Assembly: GCA_964016885.1 (NCBI GenBank)
Contig: OZ024748.1
Span: 21,514,001 to 21,578,000, forward strand
Length of the DNA: 64,000 nucleotides
Direction: 5' to 3'
Source of the DNA: Eledone cirrhosa
Lineage: Eukaryota
Shown: one piece after another, positions 27,351-42,168 of the stretch
How the letters are laid out: the number at the start of each line of letters is the position of its first letter
How positions within the stretch are numbered: the stretch's first letter is position 1
Program-made: the position numbers and the translations under genes
The notes under the pieces: generated by a model
Told to the model about the DNA's origin: nothing
Database searches by the model: none
What the model saw: the letters and a program-made list of their open reading frames with translations, nothing else

Positions 27351-27710
27351 CTCAGTAAGTAGAAAGATCTATCAATTGAAATTGAGAAAATGTGGCATCT
27401 TAAGGTATGTGATAGTCAGCGCACTTGGAATCATAAAAAAGGGTACTGAAAAATATTTGAACTGGATTCCTGGAAAGCCATCTCTGCAAGAGATACAGAA
27501 AATAGTGCTGATTGGTACTGTCTGTATCATAAGAATGGCATTAGCAATTTAAAAACTTTGCTAGGACATTTACTGTTGTTTGCGCCCTTATGGCACCATT
27601 TGTGAGACAATTGATTGTAAAATGTGTGTATTATCAAATACTACCTCAGGTGCCAGGTTGACACTCGGCATTATTTGGGAAAGAAGCAGAATTCAAAGGA
27701 AGTTTCAAAT
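27351..27710 (+). mobile_element. Second, divergent R4/Dong-like 3' fragment
   Basis: LSK*KDLSIEIEKMWHLK..VIVSALGIIKKGTEKYLNWIPGKPSLQEIQKIVLIGTVCIIRMALAI*, then UTR and (TAA)n. Confidence 0.8.
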
Positions 27711-27719
27711 AATAATAAT

Positions 27720-27926
27720 AATGATTCCTGTTGTATTTTGGTGTACTGGGATTGATACCAAAGAAATTAGAAGAACTTAGAATACAACCTAACATTTCCT
27801 GCATGCAAAAATCAGCTCTTCTTGGCTCAGCCCATATCCTGCAAATGGTACTGGCTATCTGACATCGCCAGGCTTGATGGTCAGTTTGTTTATATCTCTC
27901 TGGTGAAAACCATGATGCAAAAGCGA

Positions 27927-27965
<39 letters not shown>
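27720..27965 (+). mobile_element. Third R4/Dong-like 3' fragment
   Basis: IPVV.(frameshift)GVLGLIPKKLEELRIQPNISCMQKSALLGSAHILQMVLAI*, then (TAA)n. Confidence 0.7.
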
Positions 27966-27967
<2 letters not shown>

Positions 27968-28344
27968 TGATGATGATGATTTCTAATTTAGGCACAAAGT
28001 CATCAATTTGAGGGAACAAGAAGGTCAATTATATCAACCCCAATACATAACACGCGTCCGTGTTAAGCTTTCTTGCCGATGAAATGAAGATGAAGGTTCT
28101 CCACACAAACTCAACACACTTGTCTCTCATGTTCCATGTGCCACTTTCAAAGGTCCCCAGACCTTTAACGTAGAGAATGAATGAAGAACCTTTTTTCCAG
28201 TACATAACCTCTAGGTAGTTGAGAAGCAAAGTTGACCTCAGTGGGATTTGAACTCAAAAAGTAAAGACCCAAGCAGGACAAATACCACTAAACATTTGTT
28301 TGCTGTTCTAAGAACTCAGCCAATCTATCATCTTAAATAATAAT

Positions 28345-28480
28345 TTTGGGAGAGGGGAAAGTTGATTAAATCAACCCCAGTGCATTACTTGTACTTTATC
28401 GACCCCATAAGGATGAAAGGCAAAAATAATTTTGAGATTTGAAACCAGAACGTAAACGACCGTGACTATATGCAGCAAAG
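28345..28480 (-). mobile_element. Family A SINE body whose 5' head is expanded into the adjacent array
   Basis: Core TTATCGACCCCATAAGGATGAAAGGC and B-box-like GATTTGAAACCAG run straight into the array. Confidence 0.8.
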
Positions 28481-30282
28481 CATGGTGTCTGACACACTAC
28501 TGATACTGCCAATCCATGGTGTCTGACACTCTACTGATACTGCCAATCCATGATGTCTGACACTCTACTGATACTGCCAATCCATGATGTCTGACACTCT
28601 ACTGATACTGCCAATCCATGATGTCTGACACTCTACTGATACTGCCAATCCATGGTGTCTGACACTCTACTCATACTGCCAATCCATGGTGTCTGACACT
28701 CTACTCATACTGCCAATCCATGGTGTCTGACACTCTACTCATACTGCCAATCCATGGTGTCTGACACTCTACTGATACTGCCAATCCATGGTGTCTGATG
28801 CTCTACTCATACTGCCAATCCATGATGTCTGACACTCTACTGATACTGCCAATCCATGGTGTCTGACACTCTACTCATACTGCCAATCCATGGTGTCTGA
28901 CACTCTACTCATACTGCCAATGCATGGTGTCTGACACTCTACTCATACTGCCAATCCATGGTGTCTGACACTCTACTGATACTGCCAATCCATGGTGTCT
29001 TACACTCTACTGATACTGCCAATCCATGATGTCTGACACTCTACTGATACTGCCAATCCATGATGTCTGACACTCTACTAATACTGCCAATCCATGGTGT
29101 CTGACACTCTACTGATACTGCCAATCCATGATGTCTGACACTCTACTGGTACTGCCAATCCATGGTGTCTGACACTCAACTGATACTGCCAATCCATGGT
29201 GTCTGACACTCAACTGATACTGCCAATCCATGGTGTCTGACACTCAACTGATACTGCCAATCCATGGTGTCTGACACTCTACTCATACTGCCAATCCATG
29301 GTGTCTGACACTCTACTCATACTGCCAATCCATGGTGTCTGACACTCTACTCATACTGCCAATCCATGGTGTCTGACACTCTACTCATACTGCCAATCCA
29401 TGGTGTCTGACACTCTACTCATACTGCCAATCCATGGTGTCTGACACTCTACTCATACTGCCAATCCATGGTGTCTGACACTCTACTCATACTGCCAATC
29501 CATGATGTCTGACACTCTACTGATACTGCCAATCCATGGTGTCTGACACTCTACTCATACTGCCAATCCATGGTGTCTGACACTCTACTCATACTGCCAA
29601 TCCATGGTGTCTGACACTCTACTCATACTGCCAATCCATGGTGTCTGACACTCTACTCATACTGCCAATGCATGGTGTCTGACACTCTACTGATACTGAC
29701 AATCCATGGTGTCTGACACTCTACTGATACTGCCAATCCATGGTGTCTGACACTCAACTGATACTGCCAATCCATGGTGTCTGACACTCTACTGGTACTG
29801 CCAATCCATGGTGTCTGACACTCTACTGATACTGACAATCCATGGTGTCTGACACTCAACTGATACTGCCAATCCATGGTGTCTGACACTCAACTGATAC
29901 TGCCAATCCATGGTGTCTGACACTCTACTGATACTGCCAATCCATGGTGTCTGACACTCAACTGATACTGCCAATCCATGGTGTCTGACACTCTACTGAT
30001 ACTGCCAATCCATGGTGTCTGACACTCAACTGATACTGCCAATCCATGGTGTCTGACACTCAACTGATACTGCCAATCCATGGTGTCTGACACTCTACTG
30101 ATACTGCCAATCCATGGTGTCTGACACTCTACTGATACTGCCAATCCATGGTGTCTGACACTCTACTGATACTGCCAATCCATGATGTCTGACACTCTAC
30201 TGATACTGCCAATCCATGGTGTCTGACACTCTACTGATACTGCCAATCCATGATGTCTGACACTCTACTGATACTGCCAATC
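28481..30282. repeat. 34-bp minisatellite, 53 copies, derived from the SINE A tRNA head
   Basis: Unit CATGGTGTCTGACACTCTACTGATACTGCCAATC versus SINE CATGGCGTCCGACCCTCTACCGATACTGCCAATC; 1802 bp = 53 x 34. Confidence 0.95.
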
Positions 30283-30421
30283 CAAATAATAATTTGTAAT
30301 TTAGGCACAAAACCAAAAATTTGTGGAAAGTGAGATAGGGGTTTATATTAACCCCAGTGCTTTATTGTTACTTTATTTGATCAACCCCCAAGGAGGATGA
30401 AAGAGAAAGTTATACATACAA

Positions 30422-30700
<279 letters not shown>

Positions 30701-31073
30701 AACATTAAACTTAAACCAAAATCTGAGCTTCTTTGAGTTGACATTTTATCTTTATATTTTATCTTTTCATTGAGATGTCAAATATATATATACATACATA
30801 CAAATATATATGTATAGAGAGAGAGAGATATATACATATATATATATATACACACATACACACACACACACAAAGACACACCTATTTCAGTATTCGTGTG
30901 GGTTTGATCTGTCTACAAAGTATCTTGCTTCCCTACTTTACCTTTAATAGCTTCCTGTTGTTTATTGACAATCTTTTAGCCAGTCCTATTTCTGACCCTT
31001 CATGTCCAGTCCTAGTGACAGCAGCGTTTGTCACATGCTGCTGGTCGTCTTCATCTTTACCTTTAATTAATTT

Positions 31074-31527
31074 CCACCACTATCACTATCACCAACACAA
31101 CTAACACCACTATCACCCTCACAACCAATACCACCACCACCATCACTACCAACCACCAAGACCACCACCACAACCACCACCACCATCATCACCATCAACC
31201 ACAACTATCACTACCAATATCACAACCTCTGTCACTACCATCACCAACACTGCCACAACCAAACCACCGCCACCACCAACACCATAACTTCCTCTACCAA
31301 AACCACAACCACCTCTACCAAAACCCCAACCACCTCTACCAAAACCACAACCACCTCTACCAAAACCACAACCACCTCTACCAAAACCATAACCACCATC
31401 ACCACCAACACCACAACCACCGCTGCCATCACTACCACTACCACCACCACCACAACAAACACACCACACCCATCACTACCACTACCACCACACCACTGCC
31501 ATCACTACCAACACCACCACAACCACA
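31074..31527. repeat. (CCA)n-type microsatellite
   Basis: Direct inspection. Confidence 0.9.
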
Positions 31528-31799
31528 TGTCACATCTCTTCAACTACTACCTAACTACTTGTTCCAGTCTATTTAAAAGCAGAGAATATAGTTCATTCCA
31601 TTATAAGTAATGTCTGACCACTTGTTATAGAAAAAATATACCATAAAAACAACAGAGTTGTGTTTGTTATTGTGGTAGGTGTGGTTGAAAGTCTTAGTTG
31701 AGGGAATATTTTGAAATTAAAAATTACTTAAAAACTAAAAGAGTCAACTTCCAAGATGAATTCACTGCTAAAACAACATTAGACATTATGAGAGACAGC

Positions 31800-32275
31800 T
31801 TCACCCATTTGTTACCATATTTCTAATGAAAGACACTGTCTATGTCTTTAACCCTTTCATTGCAATATTTCTAATGAAAGACACTACCTATGTCTTTAAC
31901 CCTTTCCTTACCATATTTCTAATGAAAGACACTGTCTATGTCTTTAACCCTTTCATTGCAATATTTCTAATGAAAGACACTACCTGTGTCTTTAACCCTT
32001 TCCTTATCATATTTCTAATGAAAGGCACTGTCTATGTCTTTAACCCTTTCATTGCAATATTTCTAATGAAAGACACTACCTATGTCTTTAACCCTTTCCT
32101 TACCATATTTCTAATGAAAGACACTGTCTATGTCATTAACCCTTTCATTACGATATTTCTAATAAAAGACACTACCTATGTCTTTAACCCTTTCATTACC
32201 ATATCTCTGAAATACACTATCAATATCATTAACCCTTTCATTACATTATTTCTAATGAAATGTACTGCCTATATT
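31800..32275. repeat. 48-bp minisatellite (about 10 copies, alternating dimer) starting with a TTAA-CCCTT piggyBac-like terminus
   Basis: TTAACCCTTTC every 48 bp from 31848 to 32184; alternating CACTGTC/CACTACC variants. Confidence 0.88.
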
Positions 32276-32409
32276 TCAATTAATTTTGAAAATAATCAAA
32301 CATTTTGAGGGATTTAGTAATATACGTAACTTTTTCATTATTAAACTGACGTACAAGATATTACCTAACAATGTTTCTGAGATAAAATTCGAGGACATTA
32401 TAAAAACCT

Positions 32410-32625
32410 CTTTAACCCTTTTACATATTATCTCCTAAATCATTACAAAATAGTACTATAATGATATGTCCACTAGTAAAGATATAAACATTTGAATTTT
32501 TTTTTAAATCGTTTTTACATATTTTCTCCTAAATCATTTTAGGATGTTATAAGATAATACTGTAAGTTTTCACAACAATCTGTCCACTGGTAAAGATACT
32601 ATAAACATTTGAATTTAAAAAACTC

Positions 32626-32656
<31 letters not shown>

Positions 32657-33085
32657 CCCCTAAATCATTATAGCATATTAAAAGATGATACTGCAAGTTT
32701 TCACAACAATCTGTCCTAGTAGAGACACTAAACATTTGAATTAAAAGACTCGTTTTTATATGTTTTTCTTCTCCTTGTTAAAAGATAATACTGAAAGTTT
32801 TCACAACAATCTGTCCACTAGTAAAAATATTATAAACATTTGAATTCAAAAACTCGTTTTTTGAAATTTTTTCCTCAATCTTTACAAATGCAAGTTTTCA
32901 CATTCTGTCCACTTGTACAAATGAATTACCAAAGCTTGCTTTTAAATATTTTCTGCTAAATCATTACAGGATGTTAAGAGAAAATGCTGAAAATGTTCAC
33001 AATGATCTGTCCACTGGTAAAAATGAATTAACAAAGCTGGCTTTTAGTTATGTTCTGCTAAATCATTACAGGATGCTAAGAGTTA
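32410..33085. repeat. Degenerate ~110-130-bp tandem repeat (related sequence on the minus strand near 57900-58200)
   Basis: Recurrent AAATCATT...AGTTTTCACAACAATCTGTCCACT.GTAAA...AAACATTTGAAT. Confidence 0.7.
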
Positions 33086-34274
33086 ACATAGTACAGAATT
33101 TACCACCTTAAAACACTTGTAGCATTCTCTGCTGTTTTGTTGTTTTGGCATTTTGTTATTATGAACGTATTCATGGGTTGGCGTGGGATGGGATGAATAT
33201 AAAAGGAGGAAAATTACAGAATACTTCTGGAATAAACAAAGCGAAAAAAAATTATAATAATAATAATAATAATATTAATAATAATATTAATAAAAGCAGC
33301 ACCAGCACCATTTTTACTGTGAAGTGTGGAAATATAATAATCATGTGAAGTTGAAGTAGTAACTGTGTTGATAGAAACATTACAGTTGTTATTGTTTGTG
33401 GTAGTAGTGGTGGTGGTGGTGGTGGTGGTGTGGTGAAGAAGAGAATGGGGAGGGGGAGGAGCGTGTGTAGGTGAAAAAAAAACTATATTATGATCAACAA
33501 TGAACGATGGCAGGGTGGCGGGGATGTTTGTATATATTTTTTTAAACAGATATTACTTCTCTCTCTTTCTCTCTCCCACTATCCCTCTATCTCTCCCTCT
33601 GTCTCTCTCTCTCTCTCTCTCTCTCCCAACATACACTCTCTCTCCGTCTTTCTCCCTCCCACTCTCTCTCTCTCTATATATATATACATCTCTCCTATTC
33701 AACATCTGTACTGTATTATGACATATTGGTTATGGCATATTTGCTTTGACGTCTAAACAACACAGGTAATAATGGCAGAAACGGTGGTGGTGGGGTGTTA
33801 GGGGAGAGGGTGGTGGTGGTGGGGTGTTGGGGGAGAGGTAGATAGTGGTGGTTGTGCTGAGAATTGTGGTGGTGATGATATTGTTGGTGGTGGTGGTGGG
33901 GTGTTGGGGGAGAGGTAGATAGTGGTGGTTGTGGTGGTGGGGTGTTGGGGGAGAGGTAGATAGTGGTGGTGATGGTGGTGGTGGTGGGGTGTTGGGGGAG
34001 AGGTAGATAGTGGTGGATGTGCTGAGAATTGTGGTGGTGATGGTGATGGTGGTGGTGGTGATGATATTGGTATTGGTGGTGGTGGTAATAATGGGCAAAA
34101 CTGCTGTGGTAGTGGTGGAGGAGGTGGAGTGGTGTCTGCTGTGGTGTCATAAACAAGAACAAAGCAGAGAGAGACAACATCACCAACAACAACAACAACA
34201 ATAAAGACATTACACAAAATTCTACATGAATATAACAAAAATTGTTAGTAGTTAGTCTAGCAGAAAGGATAGCA

Positions 34275-34736
34275 CATCGATATTTAATAATGAAATGTGT
34301 GTGTGTATATGTATATATATTTGTGTGTGTGTGTATATATATATTTGTGTGTGTATATATATATATTTGTGTGTGTATATATATATTTGTGTGTGTGTGT
34401 ATATATGTGTGTGTGTGTGTGTGTGTATATGTTTGTGTGTATGTGTGTGTATATATATATGTGTGTATATATATATGTATGTATTTATATGTATGTATAT
34501 GTATGTATGTATATATATATATATGTATGTATATGTATGTATATATATATATATGAGTGTGTATGTATATATATATATATGTATGTATATGTATATATAT
34601 ATATATGTATGTATATGTATATATATATATATGAGTGTATATGTATGTATATATATATATATGTATGTATATATATATATATATGAGTGTATTTGTATGT
34701 ATATATATATATATGTATATATATATATGTATGTAT

Positions 34737-34767
<31 letters not shown>

Positions 34768-34925
34768 TGTATATATATATATGTATGTATATATGTATAT
34801 ATATATATATATATATGAGTGTATATGTATGTATGTATATATATATATATGTATGTATATATATATGTATGTATGTATGTATGTATATATATATATATAT
34901 ATGAGTGTATATGTATGTATGTATA

Positions 34926-34958
<33 letters not shown>

Positions 34959-35061
34959 ATATATATATATGTATGTATATATGTATATATATGTATATAT
35001 ATATATGTATGTATATATATATATGTATGTATATATATATATGTATGTATATATTATGTAT

Positions 35062-35095
<34 letters not shown>

Positions 35096-35518
35096 GTAGA
35101 GAGATGATCCCTTAGCCTTTGTCAAGGCAGAATTCTAGGAGAAAGAAAACTCTGATATAACACCTACAACCCTGATGGTATCCAATGATGTTGACTTGTT
35201 CTTCTTTTTGGTAAATATCATCTTGGTTAAGAGAGTGGGACTGGCTTTGTGCAGTGCCTTCGCTCACTATAAAAGCTTCACGGCACAGGCATTGCTTTAT
35301 ATCTGGAGATCTCTCTGCACTTGTCGTCACATGGTACCATGGGCCCAGCACTATGTGTCAATAATTGTCACAAGTGTAGTGTTTGTACCAGAGTTTTCAA
35401 GTCGCTGGCTGGACTAAAAAGTCTCACTCGTTCAGCGCATCGGTAGGGGTTCTCCTACATGGATATAAAGTAGTGGCCGTACTCGAAAACGAGTTGGCAG
35501 CCACCATGTATATATATG

Positions 35519-35555
<37 letters not shown>

Positions 35556-35591
35556 GTATGTAATATATATATATATGTATGTATATGTATG

Positions 35592-35632
<41 letters not shown>

Positions 35633-35803
35633 ATATATGTATGTATGTATATATATGTATGTATGTATATATATATATGTATGTATGTATGTATATATAT
35701 ATATATGTATGTATGCATATATGTATGTATGTATATATATGTATGTATGTATGTATATATATATATATATGTATGTATATGTATATATATATATATATGT
35801 ATG

Positions 35804-35851
<48 letters not shown>

Positions 35852-35864
35852 TATATGTATGTAT

Positions 35865-35904
<40 letters not shown>

Positions 35905-35938
35905 GTATGTGTATATATATATATATATGTATGTATGT

Positions 35939-36013
<75 letters not shown>

Positions 36014-36135
36014 TATATCTATGTATATATATATAAATATGTATATGTATGTATGTATATATATATGTATGTATATGTATGTATGTATATATATGTATAT
36101 GTATGTATGTATATATATATGTATGTATATGTATG

Positions 36136-36190
<55 letters not shown>

Positions 36191-36283
36191 GTATATATAT
36201 GTATGTATGTATATATATGTATGTATGTATATGTATGTATGTATATATATATGTATGTATATATATATATATATATATGTATG

Positions 36284-36333
<50 letters not shown>

Positions 36334-36377
36334 TATGTATGTATATATATATATGTATATATGTATATATATATATG

Positions 36378-36424
<47 letters not shown>

Positions 36425-36489
36425 GTATATATATATATGTATATATATATATATGTATATATATATGTATATATATATATATGTATATA

Positions 36490-36541
<52 letters not shown>

Positions 36542-36549
36542 TATGTATG

Positions 36550-36596
<47 letters not shown>

Positions 36597-36597
36597 G

Positions 36598-36644
<47 letters not shown>

Positions 36645-36711
36645 GTATATGTATATATATATATGTATATGTAAATGTATATATGTATATATATATATAT
36701 GTATATATATG

Positions 36712-36749
<38 letters not shown>

Positions 36750-36779
36750 TGTATGTATATGTATATATATATATGTATG

Positions 36780-36828
<49 letters not shown>

Positions 36829-36841
36829 GTATATATATATG

Positions 36842-36902
<61 letters not shown>

Positions 36903-36903
36903 G

Positions 36904-36976
<73 letters not shown>

Positions 36977-36977
36977 G

Positions 36978-37008
<31 letters not shown>

Positions 37009-37210
37009 GGCGGCGATGAATTAGTTTTGCGAGGTTTTTTATATGAAATCGTGTGTCGAAACAGATATTGTTATATTTGGGGAGGGTCATATTTGCGTAA
37101 TATTGCCAGAATTAATAACAGAACACACTCACTATTTGGTTATATGTATATATATATATGTATATATATATGTATATATGTATATATATATGTATATGTA
37201 TATATATATG

Positions 37211-37259
<49 letters not shown>

Positions 37260-37268
37260 GTATATATG

Positions 37269-37299
<31 letters not shown>

Positions 37300-37384
37300 G
37301 TATATATATATGTATATATATATGTATATATATATGTATATATATATGTATATATATATGTATATATATATATGTATATATATG

Positions 37385-37415
<31 letters not shown>

Positions 37416-37564
37416 GTATATATATGTATGTATGTATGTATATATATATATGTATGTATATATATATATGTATATATATGTATGTATGTATATATATATA
37501 TATATATATGTATGTATATATATATATGTATGTATATATATATGTGTATGTATATATATATATG

Positions 37565-37603
<39 letters not shown>

Positions 37604-37710
37604 ATGTATATATATATATGTATGTATATATATATGTATGTATATATGTATATATATGTATGTATATATGTATATATATGTATATATATATATATGTATA
37701 TATATATATG

Positions 37711-37741
<31 letters not shown>

Positions 37742-37754
37742 GTATATATATATG

Positions 37755-37789
<35 letters not shown>

Positions 37790-38090
37790 GTATATATGTA
37801 TATGTATATATATATGTATATATATATATGTATATATATGTATATATATATATGTATATATATATATATGTATATATGTATATATATATATATGTATATA
37901 TGTATATATATGTATATATATATATATGTATATGTATATATATATGTATATATGTATATATATATATATGTATATATGTATATATATGTATATATATATA
38001 TATGTATATGTATATATATATGTATATATGTATATATATATGTATATGTATATATATATGTATATGTATATATATATGTATATATATATG

Positions 38091-38139
<49 letters not shown>

Positions 38140-38180
38140 GTATATATATATGTATATATATATATGTATATATATATATG

Positions 38181-38211
<31 letters not shown>

Positions 38212-38244
38212 GTATATATGTATATATATATGTATATATATATG

Positions 38245-38307
<63 letters not shown>

Positions 38308-38332
38308 GTATATATATATGTATATATATATG

Positions 38333-38417
<85 letters not shown>

Positions 38418-38490
38418 GTATATGTATATATATGTATATATATATGTATATGTATATATATGTATATATATATATATGTATATATATATG

Positions 38491-38589
<99 letters not shown>

Positions 38590-38724
38590 GTATATGTATA
38601 TATATGTATATATATATATATATGTATATGTATATATATGTATATATATATATATGTATATATATATGTATATATATATATATGTATATATATATGTATA
38701 TATATATATATGTATATATATATG

Positions 38725-38755
<31 letters not shown>

Positions 38756-38790
38756 GTTTATATATGTATATATTTATATATGTATATATG

Positions 38791-38821
<31 letters not shown>

Positions 38822-38832
38822 GTATATATATG

Positions 38833-38887
<55 letters not shown>

Positions 38888-39002
38888 GTATATATATATG
38901 TATATATATATATATATGTATATATATATGTATATATATATATATATGTATATATATATGTATATATATATATATATGTATATATATATGTATATATATA
39001 TG

Positions 39003-39041
<39 letters not shown>

Positions 39042-39115
39042 GTATATATATATGTATATATATATATATATGTATATATATATGTATATATATATATATG
39101 TATATATATATGTAT

Positions 39116-39147
<32 letters not shown>

Positions 39148-39941
39148 GTATATGTATATATATATGTATATATATATATATGTATGTATGTATAAATATG
39201 TATGTATATATATATATGTATGTATATATATATATGTATGTATATATATATATGTATATATATATATATGTATGTATGTATAAATATGTATGTATATATA
39301 TATATGTATGTATATATATATATGTATGTATATATATATATGTATGTATGTATAAATATGTATGTATGTATAAATATGTATGTATGTATATATATATATG
39401 TATGTATGTATGTATAAATATGTATGTATATATATATATGTATGTATATATATATATGTATGTATAAATATGTATGTATGTATAAATATGTATATATATA
39501 TATGTATGTATATATATATATATATGTATGTATATATATATGTATGTATATATATATATGTATGTATATATATATGTATGTATATATATATATGTATGTA
39601 TATATATATATGTATGTATATATATGTATATGTATGTATATATATATGTATGTATGTATGTATGTATATATATATATATATATATGTATGTATATATATA
39701 TATGTATGTATATATATATATGTATGTATATATATATATGTATGTATATATATATATGTATGTATATATATATATGTATATATATATATATGTATGTATA
39801 TATATATATGTATGTATATATATATATGTATGTATATATATATATGTATGTATATATATATATGTATGTATATATATATATGTATGTATATATATATATG
39901 TATGTATATATATATATGTATGTATATATATATATGTATGT

Positions 39942-39982
<41 letters not shown>

Positions 39983-40417
39983 TATGTATGTATATATATA
40001 TATATATGTATGTATATATATATATATATGTATGTATATATATATATATATGTATGTATATATATATATATATGTATGTATATATATATATATATGTATG
40101 TATATATATATATATATGTATGTATATATATATATATATGTATGTATATATATATATATATGTATGTATATATATATATGTATGTATATGTATATATATG
40201 TATGTATATATGTATGTATATGTATGTATATATATATGAATGTATATATGTATGTATGTATGTATATATATATATATATGTATGTATATATATATATATA
40301 TATGTATGTATATATATATATATATGTATGTATATATATATATATGTATGTATGTATATGTATGTATAAATATGTATATGTATGTATAAATATGTATGTA
40401 TGTATATGTATGTATGT
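34275..40417. repeat. About 6-kb (TA)n/(TATG)n microsatellite field with two short inserts (35100-35505 and 37009-37140)
   Basis: Direct inspection. Confidence 0.97.
35330..35446 (+). mobile_element. Degenerate C-terminal C2H2-like finger, probably the 3' end of an RTE/BovB-type LINE ORF
   Basis: [25 protein letters not shown] resembles CxxC.R.FKS..GL.SH.R..H with the first His lost. Confidence 0.5.
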
Positions 40418-40418
40418 G

Positions 40419-40535
40419 GGAACCAGTAAGACCCCGACGGCTGAGCTCAAGCCATTTCGACGGCTAATTCTGGACTAAGTCCAGAATTAGCCGTCGAAAC
40501 GGCTTGAGCTCAGCTGTCGGGGTCTTACTGGTTCC
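40419..40535. repeat. Near-perfect palindrome (58-bp arms, 1-nt loop, 2 mismatches) at the end of a dispersed element
   Basis: GGAACCAGTAAGACCCC...CTGGACT-A-AGTCCAG...GGGGTCTTACTGGTTCC. The downstream flank (to 40618) recurs in reverse at 24831-24918 and 62165-62301. Confidence 0.9.
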
Positions 40536-40889
40536 TATTACCCACTCTACTAACCTAAGTATTCAGTACTTTGGTGCGTTATGGTCCACCTGGTTCCTTA
40601 CCACATTTCTTTCGTTATATGTATGTATATATATATATGTATGTATGTATATGTATGTCTCTTTCTCTTAATTTCGAGTATATTTTTTTGACCGGCCACC
40701 TTCCTGGTGGCAAGGTTGTAAAAGAAAAGAAATTGTCATCCCTTGAATCGCAAGAATGTTTTGCAAATTTTGAAGGTGCCAGCTATCGCAGCCATTTGTA
40801 GACTATGAATTAGGGAGCTGCGCTTTTTGTCCGCAAATCCAAGTATATATGTATGTATATATATATGTATGTATATATGTATGTATATA

Positions 40890-40934
<45 letters not shown>

Positions 40935-41059
40935 GTCTATCTATCTATCGATATACATACACACACATACATCCTACAACAGAAAACAGACAAAAAATAT
41001 TGATGTTGATATACACATCCTCTAAAAAAAAGTGATTATATTACATTTATATACATTGT

Positions 41060-41102
<43 letters not shown>

Positions 41103-41367
41103 TGTGTATATATGTAGTGTTGCTTAGTTGTGTCAGAGTTATATTTATGGATTATAAAAAAACTAAATGTGTGTATAAATTAAATATGTATATATATATA
41201 TATATTTAATATAATAAAATATATATGTTTGTGTATAATACAATAATAGTGAATATAGTGGAAAGACCGAGTCAAATGGAGAGATGCTGTGCTAAAGAGG
41301 ACTTGTCCCACCCTTGCAAACAGGAAAAAGTGGACTAAAATGATGATGATAATGATACACACATATA

Positions 41368-41985
41368 TACAATGTGTGCCAGAAAAGAAACATGATTAGG
41401 TCTCAAAAAAATATTTAAAATCTAAACTACTAATAACAAATTTTCCCCATGAAAATATTCCCCCTAGAGTCTAATGCACTTTTCTGCTATGTCCTCATGC
41501 ACTCATGAAAGGATTCTCCTGGGATTCTCTGCAGCTCTATTGTTACAGCACTCTTGAGGGCATCCATGTCCGGAAAAATGGTCCTGTTGTTGACCCTCTT
41601 GAACTTGGGTGAAAGAATAAAGTCTGCTTCAGATTCAAGACGCTCAAGGATGTGCTGACATCCCTGCATATGCCATTCCTTCTGGTTATCTTTCAGCAAC
41701 TTTGGCCCCATCTTTGCACAGATCTTCCACATGCCCAAATCTTCGGTGATAATCTTTCAAACACTGTCAAGGTTCATGCCCAACTCACTTGTAATCACTC
41801 AAACAGTCTGCCGTTGATCGCCACACACCACCTACCTCATGCGCTCAACATTGGCCTCAGTCGTGCTTGTTGAGAGCCTTCTGCTCCTAGGATCATCTTC
41901 CACATCCTCAAATCCCTCTTTGAAACTTTTGTATCACTCGAAAACCCATGAGCGCGACATCATCTCATCTCCGTACACTTGTAGT
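41368..41985 (-). mobile_element. Decayed mariner (Tc1/mariner) element with an internally deleted transposase pseudogene
   Basis: VYGDEMMSRSWVFE*YKSFKEG.EDVEDDPRS...LGMWKICAKMGPKLL..NQKE (WVPxxL equivalent) fused to DFILSPKFK....F.D.DALK.AVT.EL..IP.ESF.EC. Several stops, catalytic DD34D region missing, TA-flanked TIR-like end near 41368. Confidence 0.85.
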
Positions 41986-42168
41986 TCTTGTCTTTGTTGT
42001 TGTTATTGTTTTTGCTCTTGTTGTATAGTCCAAGGTCAGCCCTCACCCAACAAATGCTTATATTGAATGTAGTGCATTCTAACCATGACCATCCCTGTGA
42101 ACACTCCTTTCCCTGACACAGTGCATGCACTAGCACATCATACAATGCATCTTTCTTTTATAATAAGA

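Noticed and set aside
35432-40478. Long ORFs (up to 1048 aa) of Y/I/M/V/C, and similar ones at 5889-7392 and 44272-45022
   Set aside because: Translations of TA/TG microsatellites that lack stop codons by composition.
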